In this document: positions 8,196 to 17,520 of the stretch, one piece after another | Numbering within the stretch: position 1 is the first letter of the stretch | Layout: every line of letters begins with the position of its first letter | Virus record (IMG/VR): IMGVR_UViG_3300001531_000060 | Span: 1 to 64,000 of that record | Source: a virus | Lineage: Duplodnaviria > Caudoviricetes | DNA: 64,000 bases | Strand: one strand, 5' to 3' | The notes under the pieces: model-generated | What the model saw: the letters and a program-made list of their open reading frames with translations, nothing else | Database searches by the model: none | Told to the model about the DNA's origin: nothing | Made by a program: the position numbers and the translations under genes

Positions 8196-8582
8196 TCATC
8201 TAAATTTTCTTCTTAAAGCTACAATATTATTTTCTATTGTTTCTGCAAATTCTAATGCTCCTTCTTTTTTAAGGTCAATTTCTCTTTGTCTTCTTGGTGT
8301 AATCTTATTTTCTTCTGCAACAATTTCAGCTTGAATAATAGTATTGTGTTCTGCGTCTGTAAGTGCTATTTTTTCATAACTGACTGTTATCTTATCTCCG
8401 TCAGTATATACTTCAACCAATTTTTCTTCTTCTTTATCGTAAGTCGGCTTTTTGGTATATTCTATTTCCTTATATCCGTTTGCCTTCAAATCTTCTTCGG
8501 TAGGATTAGTTGTCCAACCGTTTTCAACCTTTATTCTGTCTGTTACGATTGATAATCTACCCCCAATCATCTTACCATACAT
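8196..8582 (-). CDS. putative tail-fibre assembly/accessory protein
   Basis: Position in tail-fibre cluster; NPTEEDLKANGYKEI type sequence. Confidence 0.4.
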   Translation of the reverse strand: MYGKMIGGRLSIVTDRIKVENGWTTNPTEEDLKANGYKEIEYTKKPTYDKEEEKLVEVYTDGDKITVSYEKIALTDAEHNTIIQAEIVAEENKITPRRQREIDLKKEGALEFAETIENNIVALRRKFR

Positions 8583-8586
8583 ACTA

Positions 8587-9657
8587 TTATCCTCCTATAA
8601 AATCTCCACTTCCATCATTTGGACAGAAAATATTATTTACTTGCTCTAACATACCGACTTGTCCGTCAGAATTTCTAATAACAGGAGTATAATGTCTTAT
8701 CAAATTTCCATCAATATCATAGAATTTAGCATAATAAGTTTTGCCAACAAGTCCTTTACTACTATAATTTCCCCCTGAAAGACCGAATAAATTTATTTGT
8801 GATGTTCCACAAGAGCCTGCCGTATAAGGATAAGAGTTACCATTTATGATTATCTGACCATTTTGAATATCTACTTTAATTATGTAGTCAGTATTTGTTG
8901 ATATGTTTATTATATCAGAAGAACCTGAACTACTACCGTGCCATCTTATTTTACTTTGATAACACATTAAAAAATAAGCACTTGCAGACCAACTACTTAT
9001 TACTATTGCATTTTCACTAATATTAGAAAAGTTCACTTTGATTTCAAAAGAATAATTCTGTAAAGCAGTATTGTAAGCATACAATCCTGTTTTTATATAT
9101 TGACTACCACTTGTTTCAACATAATTTAAGTATGTATATTCTTTTGTTGAAGCTTCAACATCAAAAGTATAAATATAATCAAGAAAATCTTTTGCAACTT
9201 GTATAAATTTTTCGTTATTGTTGCTTCCTGTATATATCTTGTTTTCACCACCTATCCAATATCTGCCATTGTTTTTGTTAAACTCTATTATACTTGAAGT
9301 TATAGAACGATAATTATTTGCATTGCTATTTAATGAATAATACCAATCCTTCCCTTTATAATTCAATGTTGACGATGAAATTTCCAATGTAATATTGGTG
9401 TTACCATCATCTCTATACATAATACAATTATTTTTTACTTCTGAAATAGTAAAAGCAATTATCCAATTTTGTCCACCATCTTGAAACACGCAAAAACCAC
9501 CATAACATAAACCTGCATATTTTTTTCTCCAATATGTTTGCCCATCTCTTGATTTGTATGTAATATAATTATTACTGTCCACATTGGTAAATACGACATT
9601 TGCAGGAATAAGTTGCTTTCCTTTTACTCTCATCATTAGTTGATTAAACCCCGGCAT
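8587..9657 (-). CDS. putative receptor-binding tail protein (lectin-like C-terminal domain)
   Basis: Aromatic/Asn/Ser-rich beta content; YVETSGSQYIKTG...LIRHYTPV domain typical of phage tail proteins. Confidence 0.55.
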   Translation of the reverse strand: MPGFNQLMMRVKGKQLIPANVVFTNVDSNNYITYKSRDGQTYWRKKYAGLCYGGFCVFQDGGQNWIIAFTISEVKNNCIMYRDDGNTNITLEISSSTLNYKGKDWYYSLNSNANNYRSITSSIIEFNKNNGRYWIGGENKIYTGSNNNEKFIQVAKDFLDYIYTFDVEASTKEYTYLNYVETSGSQYIKTGLYAYNTALQNYSFEIKVNFSNISENAIVISSWSASAYFLMCYQSKIRWHGSSSGSSDIINISTNTDYIIKVDIQNGQIIINGNSYPYTAGSCGTSQINLFGLSGGNYSSKGLVGKTYYAKFYDIDGNLIRHYTPVIRNSDGQVGMLEQVNNIFCPNDGSGDFIGG

Positions 9658-9659
9658 TG

Positions 9660-10643
9660 TTATCTCCCAAATTTATCTATTTCTGCTAACCCATTTTTTA
9701 TTGCAATACAATAAGTTGTATTTGCTTCAAGTGAAGGTATTGAACCTCCTCCCCATTTTAAGGTAGAATTATCAACAAATGTAATGCTTGAACCTGTCGT
9801 AAAATAAATAAAACTTTCTAAATAACTTTTTACTACACTTGATATTGTCAATGAAGTTATTGCATTGCTAAACTCATATATTGTATTCTCTGCTACTGAT
9901 AATGTATATGTTGTATTTGTTAAAGTCGTTACTGTTGGCATTGGAATATAACCACTTCCACCACCGCCTTGAACTTCCGCCCACGCCACTGTACTTCCAT
10001 TAGTTGTCAAAAATTTTCCGCTGTTTCCGGTTTGTGTTGGTACAATATTATTTATATCTAATTCTTCCAAATCTTCTTCGTCAACTAAACCTAAATCAGA
10101 ACCTGTTTGATCTCCACTTAAAGTAACACTATTAATAGATGGTTTATTTGTTAAATCATTATAATCAGAAGTTCCTCCACTACCAACTGTTGCCCAACTC
10201 ATTGTAGTCCCATCTGTTGTTAAGAATTTTCCTGATTGTCCTGTCTGAGAAGGTAAAACATCTTGTTTATTCGACCATTCAGTAGTTGTAGGTAACTTAT
10301 ATCCTGAAGCTATACTTATTGTAGTATTTAAAGTTGATGTTTGAGCTGTATTTTGTGAAGACGATAAACCAGTACCAGCTTGAACTCGAACTGAAGTTAC
10401 TGTTCCAGCAGGAACAGCTCCCCATGATAAAGTAGATCCATTAGTAGTAAGAAATTTTCCAGACTGCCCTGTTTGGTCTGGTAAATCTGTTCCACCACCC
10501 GAACCACTATCAGGAGTTAAATATAACTCATCTGCATTTTTAACTGCTTGTTCATATTGTGCATCTGTAAGTTTATTGATGATAAGTTGTCTAATATTAT
10601 GATCTGTCGGCATTAGCTGCCCTCCAAACAATGTAATATACAT
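9660..10643 (-). CDS. tail-fibre protein with repeated linker modules
   Basis: Three PxQTGxSGKFLTTxGxTxxW repeats, Gly-rich linkers, Thr/Ser-rich. Confidence 0.7.
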   Translation of the reverse strand: MYITLFGGQLMPTDHNIRQLIINKLTDAQYEQAVKNADELYLTPDSGSGGGTDLPDQTGQSGKFLTTNGSTLSWGAVPAGTVTSVRVQAGTGLSSSQNTAQTSTLNTTISIASGYKLPTTTEWSNKQDVLPSQTGQSGKFLTTDGTTMSWATVGSGGTSDYNDLTNKPSINSVTLSGDQTGSDLGLVDEEDLEELDINNIVPTQTGNSGKFLTTNGSTVAWAEVQGGGGSGYIPMPTVTTLTNTTYTLSVAENTIYEFSNAITSLTISSVVKSYLESFIYFTTGSSITFVDNSTLKWGGGSIPSLEANTTYCIAIKNGLAEIDKFGR

Positions 10644-11224
10644 TTATCATTAGTTACTCCATCTATTTCAAATCTTGTCCATCTTAAATATATCTCTCCA
10701 TTCCATTTTTCTGTTCCACTATTATACCAAGAATGTCCCATACACATAGAAGAAACAGGATATATTTTTGTGCTATTATTTATTGTTATATCTGTTACCC
10801 AATTTATATTATCAAGTGAATACTTAAGATAGTATTTACTCCCATCATATTCAAAACATATATAATAAATAGTATTAACTAATAGAACATGTGTTCCATC
10901 AACTTCATTTGCTTTACTTGAACCATTAGTAGAAATATTTACTCTGAACTTTCCTGTCGTTCTAACTACTATTTGAAAACATCTTGTAGAAGAATTTCTA
11001 TCTATTAATGATATTTGTGTTGTATAATCATATATTTTAACTTTAGTTGTAAATTTCCATTTAGATGTTCCTGGGTTAAATGCTCCTAATATTAAGTAAT
11101 CATTTTTATCAGTAAAACCACTTGCAATGCCATCTTCAGTAATTGTAGGACTTCCTTTTACTGTATATGATATTGCTGTTGGACTATGTAGCTTTACTTT
11201 ATTTTCACCTAAATATAAAGACAT
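10613..11224 (-). CDS. putative ConA/LamG-like receptor-binding domain protein
   Basis: Paralogous to 13847-14554 (GSPTI, YYIxFxxDGxxY, NGxIYL). Confidence 0.5.
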   Translation of the reverse strand: MSLYLGENKVKLHSPTAISYTVKGSPTITEDGIASGFTDKNDYLILGAFNPGTSKWKFTTKVKIYDYTTQISLIDRNSSTRCFQIVVRTTGKFRVNISTNGSSKANEVDGTHVLLVNTIYYICFEYDGSKYYLKYSLDNINWVTDITINNSTKIYPVSSMCMGHSWYNSGTEKWNGEIYLRWTRFEIDGVTNDKCILHCLEGS

Positions 11225-11230
11225 ATATAA

Positions 11231-11455
11231 TTACCACTCTACTATTTTTAATACATATTCTACACTATCTAATGCTGCTTTAACTACTTTATTTTGAACT
11301 GGGTTTTCTGAAGTGTCTGATAAGGCACTATCTACAATAGTTTTATTATTATCTACATAAGTCTTAACTGCTTTTTGAGAGGCAACAGTTATATCACTAT
11401 TGTTGGCAAGTGTTCCATCTGTATCTAAATCATAATGTTTACCTATCGTTGGCAT
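11231..11455 (-). CDS. small tail-fibre-like protein
   Basis: ASQKAVKTYVD and VDSALSDTSENPVQNKVV fibre motifs. Confidence 0.6.
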   Translation of the reverse strand: MPTIGKHYDLDTDGTLANNSDITVASQKAVKTYVDNNKTIVDSALSDTSENPVQNKVVKAALDSVEYVLKIVEW

Positions 11456-11467
11456 TTATTTCTCCGA

Positions 11468-13144
11468 TTATGAATTTATTTTTTGTCCAATTACCACTGC
11501 TCTATATGTTCCTGCTGCTATATTTGTTGAACTGTTTATCTTAATTGTTATTGCAGATGTCGCATAAGTTATATTGCAATATACTTCTTCTCCTGTACTA
11601 ATTTCTCTAACACTACATATAACATCTGCGTTGTTCAATGTGTTTGTTATTGTCCATGTGCAAGTATTACCTGTTTGTGTTAATGCTGGATTATTAACTG
11701 CTAATGTTAAACTTGCATTACTTATAGCATCTTGAACAAATGCAGTAGTTGCTACTTGAGTTGTACTCGTTCCAGTTACTGCTGTCGGAGCAGTTGGTAT
11801 TCCTGTAAATGCAGGACTTGCTAAGTCTGCTTTTAAGTTTAATGCTGCATTTAAATTTGCATTATCAGAAGGTTGCCCAACTATCGAACTAAAACTTATT
11901 TCTCTTTGTGAATTTACTTGTAGTAACCAATTCGTCCCATCATAGTAATAAACATCATTCGCTGCAACTGATTCTGTTTCTACAGTAGTAGATGCTACTC
12001 CAGTATAAGAACTTCCATTTGGTCTATAATTTGTTGTACTGCTAGTATTATCTACTATGTAATAATCTCCTGTTTTATACTCAAAAGGCAATGTACTTGA
12101 TGGATCTGTTTCAGGTAAACCTGTTGCTCCATTCCATAAACTTAAAAATCTTCCTCTTGCCTGTAAATCATCTATCTGGTCTTGTATATTCCCAGTTACT
12201 CCACTTAAATACCCTAACTCTGTAGAAGTTATATCACTTACTGCAACTTTTCCAGAAGCATTCGAAATTAATGCTCTTGAAACAGTTAAATTATTAGTTG
12301 TAATAGTAGAAGCACCACCAGTAATTGTTGCTTGTTTTCCACTTAATGCTGCACTTATTGTTGAGTTCTGAACAGGATTAGATGAATTAGAACTTATTTC
12401 TGTATCTACTATAACGGCACCTTTTACTGAACTTGTTGCAGTTGGTAATTGTGAAGAGGGAACTAAAGTATTTACATCTAATGTTGCAACACCATTAGCA
12501 GAACCTTTTTGACTTACATTAATATAGGTTGAACTTAAATCTGGAATATCACTAGCTGCTAAATTTTCACCATCTGTTACTAATCCATCAGAATTATATG
12601 TTATTTTACATTTTGTTGCTGCTGTTATTGCTGATGATAATTTATTTATTTTATTATCTAATTGTGTTTGTATATTAGATGTAACACCATGAACATATCC
12701 TAACTCTGTTGATGTTGTATCACTTACTGCTATTTTACCATCCCCATTAGATATTACTGCCCTATTCTGCATTAAATCATCATCTTTAATAGTACTTGCT
12801 GCACCTGTAATTTCTATATCTAAATTATCAATATAATTTTTAACATTTGTATTATCTAAATTTGAAATAGGTATTTCTGTTGCATTTATTATTATATTTG
12901 AACTTAGAGCTTTTCCATTAACTGTAGTACTTGTTAATACAAAATTACCTTGTTCATCAACATCTAATAATTTTTTCCAAGCACCATTTTTATAAATATA
13001 TAAACCTTTAATACTGTTATCAGTATTATAATATATTTGTCCCTCTTTAGGGTTATCTGGTGCTATACCTTGATTTTCTATAACAGCCTGTTTTAATTCA
13101 TTTTTTTGTAGGTCAATATCGACAACAAATGATCTATCCGCCAT
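11468..13144 (-). CDS. tail-fibre protein
   Basis: Internal duplication GxASTI...STELGYxxGVTxNIQxQ; LASPAFTGIPTAPTA...TQVATTAFV fibre repeat. Confidence 0.8.
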   Translation of the reverse strand: MADRSFVVDIDLQKNELKQAVIENQGIAPDNPKEGQIYYNTDNSIKGLYIYKNGAWKKLLDVDEQGNFVLTSTTVNGKALSSNIIINATEIPISNLDNTNVKNYIDNLDIEITGAASTIKDDDLMQNRAVISNGDGKIAVSDTTSTELGYVHGVTSNIQTQLDNKINKLSSAITAATKCKITYNSDGLVTDGENLAASDIPDLSSTYINVSQKGSANGVATLDVNTLVPSSQLPTATSSVKGAVIVDTEISSNSSNPVQNSTISAALSGKQATITGGASTITTNNLTVSRALISNASGKVAVSDITSTELGYLSGVTGNIQDQIDDLQARGRFLSLWNGATGLPETDPSSTLPFEYKTGDYYIVDNTSSTTNYRPNGSSYTGVASTTVETESVAANDVYYYDGTNWLLQVNSQREISFSSIVGQPSDNANLNAALNLKADLASPAFTGIPTAPTAVTGTSTTQVATTAFVQDAISNASLTLAVNNPALTQTGNTCTWTITNTLNNADVICSVREISTGEEVYCNITYATSAITIKINSSTNIAAGTYRAVVIGQKINS

Positions 13145-13161
13145 AGTATATTCCCCTTATA

Positions 13162-13473
13162 TTAATTTAAATATGCTCTACCTTTAAATGCAAAATTAAA
13201 TCTTACTATTATTTTTGAATCATTTATATATTGTATATCCGGTGTTACTACCCTATCATACTCATCAACAACAGTAACAGATGGTTTTTTATTTAAATTA
13301 TGTATTATTGTCCACGCATTTTTTGATTCAGCTTGTTCAAATACAAAATACTTATCTTTATTTGCTTGAGCAATATCAAAAGTAACATGAATATCATTAT
13401 CTTGTATTGTAAAGTTCGCAGTTTCTCTCTGTGGTTGTTCTAGATTAAAAGTTGCAATAAATTCATTAGGCAT
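13162..13473 (-). CDS. tail-associated hypothetical protein
   Basis: WTIIHNLNKKPSVTVVD motif common beside phage fibre genes. Confidence 0.5.
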   Translation of the reverse strand: MPNEFIATFNLEQPQRETANFTIQDNDIHVTFDIAQANKDKYFVFEQAESKNAWTIIHNLNKKPSVTVVDEYDRVVTPDIQYINDSKIIVRFNFAFKGRAYLN

Positions 13474-13474
13474 A

Positions 13475-13765
13475 TTATACCACCTCCGGATTTGCTTTAA
13501 AGCTCAAAGTTCCTTCACAAGTGTACTTTTTTCCTTCACTATCATAGATAGCTAAATAACATTTATTATTATATTCATTTAATTGTTTTGTTTCTGTTCT
13601 ATTTAAAGAAACTTGTAATGGGAAAACCGGATTCATAAATGTTTTTTTAATAACACCTATTCTTACTTCTGCTTTTGAGATTACATAGTCTTGAGCGTTT
13701 TCTAAATTAATTGTTAGAAAACCAAAACCAAAAGCATCTGTATCGTCTCCTCTTCTTATTGTCAT
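13475..13765 (-). CDS. tail/baseplate-associated Ig-like hypothetical protein
   Basis: IRRGDD start and beta-rich pattern reminiscent of BppU N-terminal domains; weak. Confidence 0.35.
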   Translation of the reverse strand: MTIRRGDDTDAFGFGFLTINLENAQDYVISKAEVRIGVIKKTFMNPVFPLQVSLNRTETKQLNEYNNKCYLAIYDSEGKKYTCEGTLSFKANPEVV

Positions 13766-13846
13766 AATATTTACTCCATTTATATATTTAATTTAATTAT
13801 TTATTTTTATTCTACAAACCAAATAACTTGATTATTTGTCGTTTAA

Positions 13847-14554
13847 TTATTCTGCAACCTCAAAGACATAATCTGTATCATCTATTACACATCCCGATTT
13901 ATTTAAATATATTTTTCCATTAAAATACCAGTCAGCTGCTGCATGACCTTTCCCGAATGTAAGATTTAATTCCTGTCCGTTTCTGATTAAAGCAGTGGAA
14001 GAAACTACACACTCTGTTGTATAACTAATATCATCGGTAGATAATTCTAATTTATATTGAGTACCGTCAAAACTAAACTTAATATAATAGTCTGTATTTG
14101 TTTGAACATCACTGCTGCCTAATAGATTGGATATATTCCAAGAAAAGTCATTTGTTGATAAACCCATATACAGTTTGTTACTTCTATTAACTGCTATTGC
14201 TATTATACCGCCACTAGCAACCCATCCTATAAGGCAATTGTTTTCTCTATTAGCGGTATTACCGAAATATTGGAATTTCATTTTGAAAGAATAATGTTTA
14301 CTCGGATTAAAATTGTTAAATATAAGATAGTTTGAGTTTGAAAAATCATAAACTTCTCCATTGTTTATTGTCGGAGAGCCGTGTTTGGTAAGATATAATA
14401 CTTCAACTCCACCACCTGCAATTTGATTTTTATTCAACAAAGTTTGCCTTGAACTATCCCCACTCTGCCTTACTTGATTTGCTCCAATTAAGGTCTGTGT
14501 TGAAGTATCTCCACTTGCTCTTAATTGGTTAGAGTTAATTATAGTTTCTGCCAT
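13847..14554 (-). CDS. putative receptor-binding protein with N-terminal ~16-aa repeats
   Basis: Three NQxRxSGDxSxQTL-type repeats, then a domain paralogous to 10613-11224. Confidence 0.55.
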   Translation of the reverse strand: MAETIINSNQLRASGDTSTQTLIGANQVRQSGDSSRQTLLNKNQIAGGGVEVLYLTKHGSPTINNGEVYDFSNSNYLIFNNFNPSKHYSFKMKFQYFGNTANRENNCLIGWVASGGIIAIAVNRSNKLYMGLSTNDFSWNISNLLGSSDVQTNTDYYIKFSFDGTQYKLELSTDDISYTTECVVSSTALIRNGQELNLTFGKGHAAADWYFNGKIYLNKSGCVIDDTDYVFEVAE

Positions 14555-14556
14555 AA

Positions 14557-16611
14557 TTATTCTCCTTTGACTGTTATCTTATCCGTTGTAGATAATGCAG
14601 TAACAAAAGTTATCACACCACTTGATATTGTATAATCGTCTGTAAGTGCTAACTCTACACCGTTCTTCAATACATCTACTACCTTTGTGAAATCGGAACT
14701 TACATTTAGAGTTGAAGTATTATCTGCACTAATGGTATATACCTTTTTCGTTAAACTTCCACCGATTTTTACTAACTCATCATTTTCATACAAGTAAAGT
14801 ATTCCGTTGGTTTTGTCGGCTATCTCACTTTTATCTTCTATTGCTACACCACTATCCCAAGATAAATCTGAAGAAGGAACTAAAAATTCTCCTGAACTTT
14901 CTAAAAGATATATATCGCCACTTGTATATAACCCTCTACCATATTGGTCTATTATGTATGCAATACCGTATTCTATATAGGCACTTGTTGCAACAGACGA
15001 AAAATCGTTTATTGTAAAAGAAGTAGTCGCAACTTGTGTTTCGTTTTCTAATAAAGATACATTACAACTTGACGATGTTTTTTCTATCACAAGAGTATAT
15101 TTTTTGTTTTCGCTTATTTCAAAGAAATTTTCTTCTTTTTCTTTGTGATAAGAGCCTGAAGATATATATCCTTCTGTGTAAAAAATTTTTTTGTCTTTTG
15201 TTACTCCAAAACTTCTTTTATGTGTAGTGCTTGTATTTTTAGACGAATTAAAAGTTATTAAACCATTACCACCTATATCCGTTTGAGAAATAGAGGTCAT
15301 TTTAAATGTAACTTGATATGTCTTGTTTCCGTTCCAAAGAGTATTTCCAATTTGTCTGTGTAATATTCTTGGATTTGCATAGCCTTGAGATATATTAGTT
15401 ACTATTCCTGTTGTATAATCAATAGTTACTGCTCCGTAAGTAACATTTGTGTTCCACTCATAAGTGTCTGCCAATGTCTTATAAATCTTCTTATCGCTCG
15501 TATTCAAAAAAGTATCTTTCCACTCCATAGAACTCGCACTCGGTAAAGAACTACCACTATCCGTTACTATTGTTGGAAATGCACCTCCACTCACTGTTGC
15601 CCAACTCATTGTAGTTCCATCGGTTGTTAAAAATTTCCCGCTGTTTCCGGTTTGTGTTGGGAAATATTCCTGAACAAAAGGTTTATCGATCTCTGTTATT
15701 TCTATAGAAAATCTTGTGCTTCCACTACTTATTTGTTGAAAATTTAACTCATATACTGTATTAAACTTAAAATTATAATTTGTTAATATATCTAAATTTA
15801 AAATTTGCGCTGAAGTATAAGAACTTAAAATTACTGAAAAAGCATCAGTACCGTAAGGAGGAACACCTGTATAGGTTTTAAAAAATATTTTGCAACTCCC
15901 ATTTAAACTAGATACTAATTCCAAACTTTTTATTCTTCTCCAATCTAATGCATTGATATAACCTACGTTAATAACTGAATTGGATTCTGCATCAGAAAAA
16001 GTATTTAAATTTATAGACATATCTGCAGCTTCACTGGCAGGTGATTGATTAAAAATTCTTTCTGTAAGATTATCTAAGCGCTGCCATTTTTTATCGGTAT
16101 AAGTATAATCATTTATTTGTCTAACATACGTTTGCCATGCCTCTATTCTGGTTATACCTGTTGAGCTTAGGTAAGAAAATTTTCCAGTTTGAACATACCA
16201 GTAGGTTCCACGTGTATTATCAAAACATTTTTCTTGCGTTAATATACACCAATATGTATCATATTCAGGATCCAATTCAAATGTAGTAATTGAAGGTAAA
16301 GTTCCGGTAGGGTTTTTTATAAAGAAAGTACCTTCTTGTCTTAAATTATCAATATTAGTTCCTTCTTCTAATTCTATAACATTAACTTGTATATTACTTA
16401 AAGCCTCACTCACAGCCTTTTCAGTAGGTATCACTGTATCTAAAGCATTAGTTGTATCTCTTACTGTTGTTTGTATAACACCGGATTTAAAATTTGAAAC
16501 TTCTAAATTCGATATAGTATTTTCCTGAGCGTTGATTTTTGCATCAGTTATATTATTACTATCAAAATTTACATCAGATACAATGTTAATCTTTTTATTA
16601 TCAATACTCAT
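14557..16611 (-). CDS. long tail-fibre / receptor-binding protein
   Basis: 684 aa, shares PTQTGNSGKFLTTDGTTMSWATV with 9660-10643; beta-rich domains. Confidence 0.7.
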   Translation of the reverse strand: MSIDNKKINIVSDVNFDSNNITDAKINAQENTISNLEVSNFKSGVIQTTVRDTTNALDTVIPTEKAVSEALSNIQVNVIELEEGTNIDNLRQEGTFFIKNPTGTLPSITTFELDPEYDTYWCILTQEKCFDNTRGTYWYVQTGKFSYLSSTGITRIEAWQTYVRQINDYTYTDKKWQRLDNLTERIFNQSPASEAADMSINLNTFSDAESNSVINVGYINALDWRRIKSLELVSSLNGSCKIFFKTYTGVPPYGTDAFSVILSSYTSAQILNLDILTNYNFKFNTVYELNFQQISSGSTRFSIEITEIDKPFVQEYFPTQTGNSGKFLTTDGTTMSWATVSGGAFPTIVTDSGSSLPSASSMEWKDTFLNTSDKKIYKTLADTYEWNTNVTYGAVTIDYTTGIVTNISQGYANPRILHRQIGNTLWNGNKTYQVTFKMTSISQTDIGGNGLITFNSSKNTSTTHKRSFGVTKDKKIFYTEGYISSGSYHKEKEENFFEISENKKYTLVIEKTSSSCNVSLLENETQVATTSFTINDFSSVATSAYIEYGIAYIIDQYGRGLYTSGDIYLLESSGEFLVPSSDLSWDSGVAIEDKSEIADKTNGILYLYENDELVKIGGSLTKKVYTISADNTSTLNVSSDFTKVVDVLKNGVELALTDDYTISSGVITFVTALSTTDKITVKGE

Positions 16612-16688
16612 ATACTTACTCCATTATGCTGAATTTTTTACATTTTTCATAAAAATAACATATATAGCATATTTATAAAAAAAGCTAT

Positions 16689-16709
16689 ATTATGAGTGTT
16701 TTGTCAAGG
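16689..16709 (-). promoter_or_regulatory. repeated phage motif, variant copy upstream of the tail-fibre cluster
   Basis: Minus strand CCTTGACAAAACACTCATAAT. Confidence 0.6.
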
Positions 16710-16731
16710 GTAATAAAATTGAAAAAAGTAC

Positions 16732-16760
16732 TTGACATTATTTTTATTTTATATTATAAT
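16732..16760 (+). promoter_or_regulatory. sigma70-type promoter
   Basis: TTGACA, 17 nt, TATAAT. Confidence 0.85.
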
Positions 16761-16764
16761 AGTG

Positions 16765-17000
16765 GCCGTAGGATAAATCTGCTAGTAGTGTCTACGACTA
16801 TAATATCAGGAATGGTAAAGCTCCTGCTCACTACTACAGCGTTGGGAAATGGGAAGTATAACAACGTACAAATGTATATACGTAATGTATATAGTATGCA
16901 ACTCCCTTTGTATAATTGAGGGGAGCCCTAATACTGAAGGTTATTCATTAGCTTAATTTACCTAGAGACAGAAGAAGCTAACTACAGTTAATATAGGACA
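16765..17000 (+). ncRNA. candidate structured non-coding RNA
   Basis: Follows a consensus promoter, GC-richer than flanks, several helices and a possible pseudoknot, no credible RBS-led ORF. Confidence 0.5.
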
Positions 17001-17131
17001 ATAGTAATTAGAGTGTTAACATAATTCCACTTTAATTTCTTTTTTCTTTTCTAAGAAAAAAGAAAGCTGTGGGAAATAAAAAAATATTTGTTTACTTCTT
17101 ATAGTCTTTTATTTAAAATAGTATTTACCTA

Positions 17132-17160
17132 TTGACATTTCAAATTAAATTTACTATAAT
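17132..17160 (+). promoter_or_regulatory. sigma70-type promoter
   Basis: TTGACA, 17 nt, TATAAT. Confidence 0.85.
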
Positions 17161-17197
17161 CTTAAGAAATTCAAAAAATAATGGAGGAAGTTTAAAA

Positions 17198-17461
17198 ATG
17201 GATTTATTTGGAAAGAAGAAAATTAAAATGTTACAAGAAACTCTTAACAACACTATTCAAAGTAATATCGCTTTAGAAAAGATTTCTAAAACATTAACCT
17301 GCCTTAATGAACTTATTATAGCAGATAATGAAAGTTTGAAAAAAGAAAATGATGAACTTAAAGAATTGAATCAATTTTATAAGATGTTTTATGTACCTAA
17401 AGATGAAATAGAAAAGTCTAAAAAAGAAAAGAAAGCAAAATCCAAAAAAGTAAAAAAATAA
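17198..17461 (+). CDS. coiled-coil hypothetical protein (start re-called at MDLFGKK)
   Basis: GGAGG RBS before ATG 17198; heptad pattern. Confidence 0.6.
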   Translation: MDLFGKKKIKMLQETLNNTIQSNIALEKISKTLTCLNELIIADNESLKKENDELKELNQFYKMFYVPKDEIEKSKKEKKAKSKKVKK

Positions 17462-17520
17462 ATCAGACAGAGAGAGTATGGATTAGTAAATAGTTCATAC
17501 TCTCTTATTAGGAGTACTCT

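Noticed and set aside
7731-16611. Diversity-generating retroelement or invertible cassette in the fibre cluster
   Set aside because: Repeat differences are mostly synonymous rather than adenine-specific; no reverse transcriptase or invertase is present in the window.
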